Shown here: positions 1 to 7,987 of the stretch, in pieces
Numbering within the stretch: position 1 is the stretch's first letter
Layout: each line of letters begins with the position of its first letter
NCBI GenBank assembly: GCA_041477655.1
Contig: JBGOUP010000002.1
Coordinates: forward strand, 1-38,605
Length of the DNA stretch: 38,605 nt
Direction: 5' to 3'
Source of the DNA: Patescibacteria group bacterium
GTDB taxonomy: Bacteria > Patescibacteriota > UBA1384 > 2-12-FULL-50-11
Notes under the pieces: generated by a model
What the model was told of the DNA's origin: nothing
What the model saw: the letters and a program-made list of their open reading frames with translations, nothing else
Database searches by the model: none
Position numbers and translations under genes: made by a program

Positions 1-58
1 AACAAGGTGATACTGATGTTGGTAGACGCAATGGGACAGATTCTGGGTTCTCATGAGC

Positions 59-88
59 AAAACGTACCACCTCTGACGAGGTGGTACG
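59..88 (-). terminator. rho-independent terminator candidate downstream of queD
   Basis: Perfect 11-bp stem CGTACCACCTC/GAGGTGGTACG (63-73 / 78-88, loop 74-77). On the minus strand it is followed by TTTTG (plus 59-62 = AAAA). It lies ~80 nt past the queD stop. Confidence 0.5.
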
Positions 89-103
89 AGTGGTACGATT
101 CAT

Positions 104-130
104 CCACGGACTAACGTCCGTGGTTCTCTC
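104..130 (+). terminator. second hairpin, possible plus-strand terminator
   Basis: CCACGGAC (104-111) / GTCCGTGG (116-123), then TTCTCTC. A frame-1 reading entering from the left edge stops at TAA 112-114 inside the loop. It is too short to call a gene. Confidence 0.25.
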
Positions 131-165
131 TAAGAGAAAAGATTCCATCGCGAGATAGCCTTAGT

Positions 166-615
166 TTACTCAAATGAACACCTCCAGATGGCAGAATTGG
201 TTGGAGTTTCCCAGAGAATACACTTGACTAGTTTCACCCAAGGAAACTGTATTATCAGACTGTCACGGAGTAATCCAGCTAACCAACCTACCAATTCTTC
301 AGCCGTTGGCACGAACGTCGTCGCCACTAACTTAAGAGACGGATCGGCCTGACACAACACTGACAGTAATGGATCTTGATCGTTAAAGACACAGGCATGA
401 TCCAGTCTTTCTACCACCTCATTGGTTGCCCACGACTTCAATTGGCTAAAGTCCACCAGCATTCCTTCTTCGGCATTGCCAGCGCTTTTATTGACTGTTC
501 CGGCCAAGATTACCTCTAACCGATAGCGGTGGCCATGTATGTTGCGACACTTTGTTTTATGATTAGGCAATCGGTGGGCCATATCCCATTCGATCGTTAT
601 ACTTAGCTCAATCAC
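166..615 (-). CDS. queD: 6-carboxy-5,6,7,8-tetrahydropterin synthase (PTPS/QueD family)
   Basis: Family signature AHRLPNHKTKCRNIHGHRYRLEV plus later LDH and WETP blocks. I place the start at GTG 615 (AAGGAGG at 621-627, 5-nt spacer) rather than the ORF-track ATG 672, which would overlap the upstream gene by 61 nt. The GTG overlaps that gene's TGA (GTGA). Confidence 0.75.
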   Translation of the reverse strand: MIELSITIEWDMAHRLPNHKTKCRNIHGHRYRLEVILAGTVNKSAGNAEEGMLVDFSQLKSWATNEVVERLDHACVFNDQDPLLSVLCQADPSLKLVATTFVPTAEELVGWLAGLLRDSLIIQFPWVKLVKCILWETPTNSAIWRCSFE

Positions 616-1370
616 AACTTCCTCCTTACTGTGAAGTATCCAAGTTCGGGATGAAGCAGGTATCCCCGCCAAAAATCTGCGCCGAATTTGTTAAGACCCT
701 CTTGGCTGATGGTCGGCTTGTGCCATTGCACTTTGCCAAAACTCTCAACGAGATTACTAATTGTCTCCAATTTGTAATAGTTGCCCCGTAAAGAACAGAT
801 CAGCTGGCCATTTACCTGATAAAGTTTATTGGTTATTTTCGCTCCGTCTTCAGCCGATCCGTGAAGAATTTTTCGGGCTCCATAGATCGTTAGATCTTTG
901 TTTTCCGGCAGATCAACCACACCAATTAAGTAACCACCTGGTCTAAGCCAGTTGAGGTATGTATCAAGCCACGCTTGTAGCTCGATAACGTTTTCGGCGT
1001 AGTTGAGGACAAAGGGCACGATTACTAGATCAACTTTCGTGGCCGAAGGGTTTCGGCGGTTTGGGCTAAGTTTTTTCTGCCAGTAATACGAGACGTGCTG
1101 CTGGTATCTTGCTGGGCAAGTGGCACGCGCCTCTTTGATTACTGGTAGTGACGTGTCTAGTCCAATGACTCTATTAAAACCAAGTTTAGCCAACGCTAGG
1201 GTGAAGAACCCCGTGCCACAGCCGACGTCAATTATCTCTGACTGATCAATCGGACGGCAGAGCGATTGTTTGGCTAGCCCAAGAACTGTTGGGAGAATTG
1301 AGTAGAGCTTGTCGGGTTTTTGATTAGTTAGTTTATAGATGTTAATGAGCTCGTGATCCCAGATGTTCAT
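612..1370 (-). CDS. class I SAM-dependent methyltransferase
   Basis: Motif I IDVGCGTGFFTLALAKLGF and the downstream acidic loop GLD are typical of the Rossmann-fold methyltransferases. Substrate unknown. Confidence 0.8.
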   Translation of the reverse strand: MNIWDHELINIYKLTNQKPDKLYSILPTVLGLAKQSLCRPIDQSEIIDVGCGTGFFTLALAKLGFNRVIGLDTSLPVIKEARATCPARYQQHVSYYWQKKLSPNRRNPSATKVDLVIVPFVLNYAENVIELQAWLDTYLNWLRPGGYLIGVVDLPENKDLTIYGARKILHGSAEDGAKITNKLYQVNGQLICSLRGNYYKLETISNLVESFGKVQWHKPTISQEGLNKFGADFWRGYLLHPELGYFTVRRKL

Positions 1371-1401
1371 ATGTGCCTCTGCATTCTGATTACGCGATAA
1401 G

Positions 1402-1441
1402 AATTATAGGATGTAATTGTTGATTTGTCAATAATTATAGG
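1402..1441. promoter_or_regulatory. direct repeat AATTATAGG x2 in divergent promoter region (possible operator)
   Basis: AATTATAGG occurs at 1402-1410 and 1433-1441, 31 nt apart. It sits in the AT-rich 116-nt gap between the methyltransferase (-) and the TrmB-like regulator (+). Confidence 0.3.
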
Positions 1442-1486
1442 CAATATATTTACTTGTGTTAAATATTATTTTACACTTTTATAGAT

Positions 1487-2230
1487 ATGCAGTATTCAGT
1501 GTTACTTCAAAAGATTGGGCTTAGCGAAAGTGAAGCCAACATATATTTGACCAGCTTGAGGGTTGGACCGGCATCGGCAATCCAGTTAGCTAAGAAAATC
1601 GGAATGAGCCGCCAAATTGTTTACTTTCTGACAGATAGGCTTATTGGCGAGGGGTTTATCAAAGAAGTTAGAGTTGGCACCAAGCGGTTATTCCAGGCAG
1701 TTGGCCCGGAAATACTACTTGATCGAGCTTCCGAAATAAATCAGAACATTGCTAAAGCCGTACCGATACTCAAAACCCGCGAGGCAGTGGCCGGGTCAAT
1801 TCCCTCAATTTCCGTCTATGAAAATCCAATTGCTATGCGGGAATGGTACCGAGGATTCATGTCTGTCGCCAAAAAAGATGAAGAGCTACTTGTTTGGGCG
1901 ACAAACAAGACTTGGTATTCAGTTGACCCAGAATTTTTGCAAAGTTTTGTAGAATTTAAACTCAAGGTTGGTACCAAAGATCGCATTATCGCCCCCGATA
2001 CCTCTACGTCTCGAAAGTTTGTTGTTAGCCATCCACAGCCAAACGCCCAATTTCGTTTCAGTAAGAACTGGTGGGAAACGGATACGGAAAAATGGATCTG
2101 GCGTGATTCAGTATCGTTTCTGACAATTAGGGAAAACGCAACTAATCTCATCGTTTTAAGATCTAGCCAACTTGCCGAATTAGAGCGCTTTGCCTTTAAC
2201 CAAGTGTGGGACGGTCTTCACAAGAATTAG
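1487..2230 (+). CDS. TrmB-family HTH transcriptional regulator
   Basis: N-terminal winged-helix LGLSESEANIYLTSLRVGPASAIQLAKKIGMSRQIVYFLTDRLIGEGFIKE resembles TrmB-type regulators. The C-terminal domain is unassigned. Confidence 0.65.
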   Translation: MQYSVLLQKIGLSESEANIYLTSLRVGPASAIQLAKKIGMSRQIVYFLTDRLIGEGFIKEVRVGTKRLFQAVGPEILLDRASEINQNIAKAVPILKTREAVAGSIPSISVYENPIAMREWYRGFMSVAKKDEELLVWATNKTWYSVDPEFLQSFVEFKLKVGTKDRIIAPDTSTSRKFVVSHPQPNAQFRFSKNWWETDTEKWIWRDSVSFLTIRENATNLIVLRSSQLAELERFAFNQVWDGLHKN

Positions 2231-2253
2231 GCTCTAATCTCTTATGCCTGTGC

Positions 2254-2409
2254 CTTAGCGTGCTAGGGGGTGGGAGTGCAAGGATGAGAAGCGAATACTT
2301 GGAGCTTCGAACGGAAGCCGCAAAAAATGCCAAAATATTTCTGGGGCATTTTATTGCGGCGAGCGGGGGCGGGCTTCAAGACTCCGATCCCCATACCCTC
2401 TGCAAAAAG
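2254..2409 (+). repeat. structured intergenic element, copy A
   Basis: Starts CTTAGCGTGCTAGGGGGTGGGAGTGCA. Has a hairpin GAAGC/GCTTC, then GAACGGAAG, then a 15-bp hairpin GCCGCAAAAAATGCC/GGCATTTTaTTGCGGC. Ends GATCCCCATACCCTCTGCAAAAAG. Homologous to the copies at 10726, 11636, 19086 and 35081. Confidence 0.7.
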
Positions 2410-2436
2410 TTTTTTAATTAAAAAAATAAATATAAT

Positions 2437-2940
2437 TTATTTATCAATCCCCTGCCTTTGAACTCGGACGATTTCTTGCTGAACAGAGTAAGGATCGGGA
2501 ACGTCTTTGAGCTCAACTCGGGTGGTGTTGGAAGCAGTTTGCAAACGAACGGTGCCAAAGTTGAGCATAGTTTTGATCGGTCCGGAAATTTCGGTGGAGA
2601 TCTCTTGAATTCGGTCAACTTCGGCTTCAGAGATAGAGCGGCTAAACAAACCAAGTTGATCTACTTTAACCACCCGTTGGTCGGTAATAATATAAACCCC
2701 GTTTCGCCAGAGAAACCATTTGTAAAATGTATAAAATCCGCCGATAACTAGAATCAAGCCAATGGTCAACGAGGTGGCAAAAGAAGCGCCAAAATGACTC
2801 ATAACCAGGGCCAGAATCACTAGAAGAACCAGCCAAAGAAAGACCACTGGGGAAAAAGTCCAAGTGTGGCGATTTAAGACCAGCAAAACCGCCTCGTTAT
2901 GACGCTGGCCATGAAAAGTGTAATTATTGTTTCTGGCCAT
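2437..2940 (-). CDS. membrane protein with bacterial PH (YdbT/DUF304-like) domain
   Basis: Two N-terminal TM helices are followed by YIITDQRVVKVDQLGLFSRSISEAEVDRIQEIS, which matches the bPH_2 pattern. Confidence 0.55.
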   Translation of the reverse strand: MARNNNYTFHGQRHNEAVLLVLNRHTWTFSPVVFLWLVLLVILALVMSHFGASFATSLTIGLILVIGGFYTFYKWFLWRNGVYIITDQRVVKVDQLGLFSRSISEAEVDRIQEISTEISGPIKTMLNFGTVRLQTASNTTRVELKDVPDPYSVQQEIVRVQRQGIDK

Positions 2941-3982
2941 GGGGATCCTTTTTTCCTCCTATTGAGTAGAGTAACACTAGCAATGCCATCAGCGCCACGG
3001 CCAAGACTATCGCCCAAAATTTGCCAATCGTTCTAGTATTAAGGGCAATCAAACCAAAAAGTAAGCTGACAGTATAGAGAAGGGCGACAATCTGCCACTC
3101 TTTCATACCTAGTGCCAGAAAACGGTGGTGAAGATGACGTCGATCGGCCTTGAATGGTGACTGTCCGCTAGCTAGGCGGGAGACAAAGACAACCAAGGCG
3201 TCCAGAAATGGAATGGCCAAAACCAAAAAGGCGGTAGCAATTTTACCTCCAGAAATTATGGCCAGAATGCCAATAATAAAACCCAAAAACATCGAGCCAG
3301 TGTCGCCCAAAAATGCCTTGGCCCGGCCTAAATTAAACGGTAGAAAGCCGATAGTGGCGCCAAAGGCGGCGGCGGCCAAATAAGCGTTACCGCTCTGTTG
3401 GATGCCCGGCCGAATTGATAAGAAAAAAAGCACAGCCAAACTAATAGCGCCGAGTCCGCTAGCTAATCCGTTAACCCCGTCAACCCAATTAACAGCGTTG
3501 GAGATTATGACCAGCCAAACTACTATCACTAGCCAATCAAAGCCGCCAAGATGAATTACCCCGCCAAAAGGATTAGAGATATTTGGTACATGGATTCCAA
3601 ACCAGACAACCAACAAGCCGGCTAGGATTTGGCTGGCCAGGCGAATAGGTACAGGCAAGCCCCGAAGATCGTCAATAACATTAACTACAGTCAGTACTAT
3701 CAGAGCCAAGGCTAGACCAATTAGATTGCGATCAATGCCAAACAATCCGGGCGAGCTAAAATGAAAAAAATCTGGCAGGGCGATCAGGCCAGCGATTACT
3801 ACCAGGAAAAAACTAATAACGATGGCGATGCCACCGACTCGGGCGACCGGAAAAGTGTGTTGATCACGCTGACGTATCTGGCTAAAAAATATTCGGTAGC
3901 GACGGGCTAGGTTGATTAGCACTAGCACTGACAATGAAGAAGCCAGGGCGCCCATCAAGGCCACCAGCGCGTAAATTGCCAT
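2924..3982 (-). CDS. glycosyltransferase family 4 (MraY/WecA-type polyprenyl-phosphate sugar-1-phosphate transferase)
   Basis: Motifs NVIDDLRGL, NAVNWVDGVNGLASG and FLGDTGSMFLGF, with about 10 predicted TM segments. Confidence 0.85.
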   Translation of the reverse strand: MAIYALVALMGALASSLSVLVLINLARRYRIFFSQIRQRDQHTFPVARVGGIAIVISFFLVVIAGLIALPDFFHFSSPGLFGIDRNLIGLALALIVLTVVNVIDDLRGLPVPIRLASQILAGLLVVWFGIHVPNISNPFGGVIHLGGFDWLVIVVWLVIISNAVNWVDGVNGLASGLGAISLAVLFFLSIRPGIQQSGNAYLAAAAFGATIGFLPFNLGRAKAFLGDTGSMFLGFIIGILAIISGGKIATAFLVLAIPFLDALVVFVSRLASGQSPFKADRRHLHHRFLALGMKEWQIVALLYTVSLLFGLIALNTRTIGKFWAIVLAVALMALLVLLYSIGGKKDPHGQKQ

Positions 3983-3990
3983 CGGTACTG

Positions 3991-4485
3991 TTAATTATAC
4001 AGGTGTTTTTCGCCAACAGTACGATAAACGCAGAGTTCATCAGGTTTAAACCAGAGAACTAGCTCACGTTTGGCATCTTCGATTGAGGCAGAGGCATGAA
4101 TAATATTTTTGACGGCGATATTGCGCTCATCGGCATAACCGTAGCTAACATGGGCGAAGTCACCACGAATCGTGCCAGGGGGGGCGGCTTTTGGCTCAGT
4201 TGGTCCAACCATCTTGCGAACCGTTTCAATCGCCTCCACCCCTTCCAAGGCAAAAGCAACAACCGGACCGGAAGTTAAAAAATCTAAAAGCTGATCTTGG
4301 ATTTTCTGGCCATGACGGACCGCTATGTCGCCGTAGTGATCGAGGGCAAATTTTTGATCCGGCTTGAGCATCTTTAGGCCGACGATTTTGAGACCAACGG
4401 TCTCAAAACGGTGAATTATTTGGCCAACCAAACCACGTTCGATAGCGTCGGGCTTAATTAGGACAAGTGTTTTTTCAAGATCCAT
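3991..4485 (-). CDS. ndk: nucleoside diphosphate kinase
   Basis: LVLIKPDAIERGLVGQIIHRFE, GTIRGDFA and NIIHASAS (active-site His) blocks. Confidence 0.9.
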   Translation of the reverse strand: MDLEKTLVLIKPDAIERGLVGQIIHRFETVGLKIVGLKMLKPDQKFALDHYGDIAVRHGQKIQDQLLDFLTSGPVVAFALEGVEAIETVRKMVGPTEPKAAPPGTIRGDFAHVSYGYADERNIAVKNIIHASASIEDAKRELVLWFKPDELCVYRTVGEKHLYN

Positions 4486-5761
4486 TGTTTCCTAAAAAGT
4501 CCTCAAACATTTTTTCTGAATCAAACGGCCCGATAACTGCCAAAGCCAGCCGATCTTTGTTAAAAATTTTCTGGGCAAGGAGTTGGACATCCTGGGCGCT
4601 GACTTGGTTAACCAGCTCTTTGGCCTTGGCAAAATCTTCTTTGAGGCCAAGTAACATGCCAGTTCCGTACCAAGTGGCCATCTTAATTGGATCATCGGCA
4701 TTTAGATCGAGCGATCCGGTGATAATGTTTTTAGCCTTGGTTAGCTCCACTTCACTAACTACTTCCCCTTTAAGTTTCTTTAGCTCCAGATCGACGGCAA
4801 TGAGTGCCTTTTCTACCTTCTGGGTGTTGACGCCACCATAAATTGCTAAGGCGCCGGTGTCTTCAAAAGATTGAGTCGAAGAAGCGATGGCATAGGCCAA
4901 GCCTTGTTTCTCCCGAATATTCAAAAACAATCGCGAGCTCATACCCGAGCCAAGAATAGTGTTAAGGACGTCACCGATATACTGCTCCTGCCTGTTTAGG
5001 GCCAAAGTTGGCTCGGCTAATCCCAACATAAAGTGAGTCTGATCAGTGTCCTTTTGGTGAACTTTTAGGGCTTTTTTACTTGGATTGTCAAATCTTTTGG
5101 GCAAGGTAACTGTTGAAGCTTGAAGGTGCCGAGTCTTGACCTCAACTTCACCTAAAATATCTCTACCAGTAATTTTGCCGACGGCTACAAAAGTGGCTTG
5201 GCTAGGTAAATAGTGGGTTTGGCGATACTCTTCAAACTGGCCAATTTTCATATTGGTAATAGAATCTTGCGTACCAATAATTAACTGGCCTAAGGGGTTG
5301 CCGGCAAAAAGAATCTGACCGAGTAAGTCGTCAACGTAACGAGCCGGATTGTCTTGAATCCGACGGATTTCTTCAATGATTACTCCTCGCTCTCGGTCCA
5401 AATCTTCTGGACGTAGCAAGGCCTCAAAAGCCAGCTCGGTGGCAAACTCGATGCCTTGGCGCCAGTGACGCTCCGGAACCGTGTTGTAGTAAGCGGTATG
5501 GTCATTACTTGTCCAAGCGTTAAACATTCCGCCCAAACCTTCAACTGCTTCGGCAACGGCTTTGGTGTCGGGATACTTTTTAGTGCCTTTGAAAACCATA
5601 TGCTCCAAGAAATGGGCGATACCCGAGTTGGAGGCAGTCTCATAGCGCGAGCCGCTTCGAATTACCAAAAAATTGGTGACAGAGTGAAATTCCGGCAAAT
5701 CTATGGTAACGACGTTTAAACCATTGGCACTTACTTGTCTGTCAATATTTGGATTTGCCAT
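4475..5761 (-). CDS. M16 family zinc metallopeptidase (pitrilysin-like)
   Basis: Inverted zinc motif HFLEHMVFKGT near the N-terminus. The ORF-track start at 5809 is a TTG, so I prefer ATG 5761 (MANPNIDRQ...). Confidence 0.85.
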   Translation of the reverse strand: MANPNIDRQVSANGLNVVTIDLPEFHSVTNFLVIRSGSRYETASNSGIAHFLEHMVFKGTKKYPDTKAVAEAVEGLGGMFNAWTSNDHTAYYNTVPERHWRQGIEFATELAFEALLRPEDLDRERGVIIEEIRRIQDNPARYVDDLLGQILFAGNPLGQLIIGTQDSITNMKIGQFEEYRQTHYLPSQATFVAVGKITGRDILGEVEVKTRHLQASTVTLPKRFDNPSKKALKVHQKDTDQTHFMLGLAEPTLALNRQEQYIGDVLNTILGSGMSSRLFLNIREKQGLAYAIASSTQSFEDTGALAIYGGVNTQKVEKALIAVDLELKKLKGEVVSEVELTKAKNIITGSLDLNADDPIKMATWYGTGMLLGLKEDFAKAKELVNQVSAQDVQLLAQKIFNKDRLALAVIGPFDSEKMFEDFLGNNGS

Positions 5762-5921
5762 TGTTCGGTCAGTATATCGTTGCCGGGCCAGGCTGACAAC
5801 AGGTCTCAAAGATCATTGGTGACTAGGCAATATTATTGGCAAAATTTTTGTCACATTGACAGTCCCAAGCACCCTCGTTAGTCTGGTTAATGATGAGCCA
5901 AATAGTCGCCCAGAAAGAATC

Positions 5922-6779
5922 ATGGCAGAAATAACCGTACCGATCGACAAAATTGTGCCGCTTACGGACGCCCGTGATAACTTCAGTCGGATCGTCACCG
6001 ACATCGAAAGCATGCCTGAAGGGCTGTACGTTCTAACTAAGGGTGGCAAGCCTTCGATTGCCCTGATTAGCATCCGTTACCTCGAGCAACTGATGGGCAA
6101 TCAGCCAGTTGCAACCAAGCCCATCCCGCCACGGGCAATTGACCGGCCCAAACCTCAAGCAACTTCACCGGTTTCACCACTCAACCAGAGTGCCCCGATC
6201 AACCTTTCGGCCGATACCCAACCGCCCAACCCGCCAATCGATCCAACCTGGACCGGGGACAGAAAAACCGACCAGTCGGACAGATCCGCCAGCCAGCCAG
6301 CCAAAAAACCGATCAACCCCTGGCCGATCATCCCACCGTCGAGAATTGCTCCTACGCCTGCAACAATACCAACGGTAAATTCATCGCCGGTGTCTGTTGG
6401 CAGTTCGCCAGCCACACCGCCAGTAGCAACTGCGCCAATTCAAAACACCCCTCCACCGCCACCTGCACCAGTCGTTTCTGCCCCGGTAATCCCACCACCG
6501 ATTGCTCCTCCCATTAGCGTCGTGCCAACTGTGCCTGCTAGTAGCGTTCTACTTCCACCTCCACCAGCAAATCCAACCGCTATCCCCTTCGACGAGCCAC
6601 CAAAGATCAGCCCCGATCCAGGCGAGCCAATGGCTAGCTCCGCTCCTACCCCGGCGCCCATTAACCCCCAACTTGGCCAACCGATTCCGGTTAATGCCCC
6701 TTCATCGCCAGCAATGGCCAACTCCCCAGCTACTGCCAGCCAAGCGCCCGTTCAAACTCCTCAAGATTTAGATATCTAA
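5922..6779 (+). CDS. Phd/YefM-like N-terminal domain fused to a long proline-rich tail
   Basis: MAEITVPIDKIVPLTDARDNFSRIVTDIESMPEGLYVLTKGGKPSIALISIRYLEQL resembles the antitoxin Phd/YefM fold. About 220 aa of P/A/T/S-rich low complexity follow. The ATG at 5922 is preferred over the track's TTG at 5856. Confidence 0.55.
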   Translation: MAEITVPIDKIVPLTDARDNFSRIVTDIESMPEGLYVLTKGGKPSIALISIRYLEQLMGNQPVATKPIPPRAIDRPKPQATSPVSPLNQSAPINLSADTQPPNPPIDPTWTGDRKTDQSDRSASQPAKKPINPWPIIPPSRIAPTPATIPTVNSSPVSVGSSPATPPVATAPIQNTPPPPPAPVVSAPVIPPPIAPPISVVPTVPASSVLLPPPPANPTAIPFDEPPKISPDPGEPMASSAPTPAPINPQLGQPIPVNAPSSPAMANSPATASQAPVQTPQDLDI

Positions 6780-6780
6780 T

Positions 6781-7383
6781 CTAGTAGTGAACCGCCCAAG
6801 CCAAGGCGAAAGTTAGACTAGCGCCTATCAATAAACCAGCAATAAGTTGGTTTGGTGTGTGTTGTTTCAGATATAAACGAGACCAAGCCACTGGCAAAAG
6901 GAAAATGTAGAGAAGAGAAAATTCCCAGCCTCGGAAGATTACTATTAAGGTGGCAATAGCGGTAAATGTGGCAACATGCAGACTAATTTTCCAGACGATG
7001 GTAATAATTGTTAGGGAGACTAATAGAGCCACCAGGATCTGACTAAGTAAAATCAAGGTTCGGTTCTGGACATGCCCCTCAAGAAGGAAGCCACCGATTA
7101 AAGCGCCGAGGCTGGCCAATAACAGTGGCACAACCCTGTCCTGGCGTTTAGTAATATCAATATCAACCTTGCGTTCCCGGTACCAGGTAAAAATTGAGTA
7201 CAACAGACCCGGGCCGACAATCAGTGAAGAACCAAGCAAGCCCCAGTTTAGGGCGTCCTGACTGGTTGGAGCATAGCGGTTGGTGATGAAGATCAACCCG
7301 ACGATAACCAACAAAACTGGGTTGGTTATGCTGGAAATGGTTTCAGCCAAGCCGGTGTACTGCCCTTTGACCGTTGGAGTCAT
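6781..7383 (-). CDS. polytopic membrane protein, degenerate PAP2-like
   Basis: Has 6 TM segments. KISLHVA and WSRLYLKQHTPNQLIAG resemble PAP2 motifs C2 and C3 (SRx5Hx3D, with Q in place of D). Confidence 0.45.
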   Translation of the reverse strand: MTPTVKGQYTGLAETISSITNPVLLVIVGLIFITNRYAPTSQDALNWGLLGSSLIVGPGLLYSIFTWYRERKVDIDITKRQDRVVPLLLASLGALIGGFLLEGHVQNRTLILLSQILVALLVSLTIITIVWKISLHVATFTAIATLIVIFRGWEFSLLYIFLLPVAWSRLYLKQHTPNQLIAGLLIGASLTFALAWAVHY

Positions 7384-7967
7384 TGGTCGCCCGAGGATTG
7401 TTTAAAAATACGGCCAAGTAACGTTGTTAGCGGCTGATTTAGCCAAAAAACGATTAGAAAGGCTAGCGCCCCCAACAACCAGCCACCGACAATATCGCCG
7501 ATAAAATGAAAACCAATCATCACTCGGGCCAAACTAGCCAAAAATCCGCCAATCAAAAACAGCCAGCCAAGTTTTTTATAGTTAAGGTAGAAGAAGCCAA
7601 AGACGACGGTGCTGATAACAGCGGCGTGATCGGAGGGAAATGATTTGGCCGGTTGTTCGAGTAAAAGCTCTTGAATACCAAAATGAGCAAAGGGACGATC
7701 GCGAAAACCGTAATGGCTGTAAAGATAGCTGCCGATCAACTTATTAAACACAAACCAGGCGACGATGACCATCAGAAAAATCTTGGCCGAAGTTATCTTG
7801 CCGTTAGACTTGCCCCAAAAGAACATCCAGACAAGAGCGACTGGTAAGATATAAATGAAATAGGTGGCGACAAAAGCGACTAGGGAATGGAGGGTCGGAT
7901 GACGATCAGCCAAAGTGAATTGATATAAATTAAAGGATAGTTGGTTGTCCAAATTAATCAGCGACAT
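7380..7967 (-). CDS. PAP2 family phosphatase (undecaprenyl-diphosphatase BcrC-like)
   Basis: RDRPF, FPSDHAAV and ARVMIGFHFIGDIVGG correspond to PAP2 motifs C1-C3. There is a 4-nt overlap with the downstream PAP2-like gene. Confidence 0.7.
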   Translation of the reverse strand: MSLINLDNQLSFNLYQFTLADRHPTLHSLVAFVATYFIYILPVALVWMFFWGKSNGKITSAKIFLMVIVAWFVFNKLIGSYLYSHYGFRDRPFAHFGIQELLLEQPAKSFPSDHAAVISTVVFGFFYLNYKKLGWLFLIGGFLASLARVMIGFHFIGDIVGGWLLGALAFLIVFWLNQPLTTLLGRIFKQSSGDQ

Positions 7968-7987
7968 ATCATGGTAAAGTATAGCCG

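Noticed and set aside
1-114. A partial plus-strand ORF entering from the left edge (frame 1, stop at 112-114).
   Set aside because: Only 37 codons are visible, with no recognisable motif. It is crossed by two perfect hairpins that look like terminators, so I cannot support it as a gene.
2206-2421. ORFs translating the structured element (2206..2421, 10718..10906 and 34898..35335, for example ...CLSVLGGGSA...) as possible small proteins.
   Set aside because: The conserved blocks fall in different frames and lengths between copies, and substitutions preserve base pairing rather than amino acids. I therefore treat them as non-coding.
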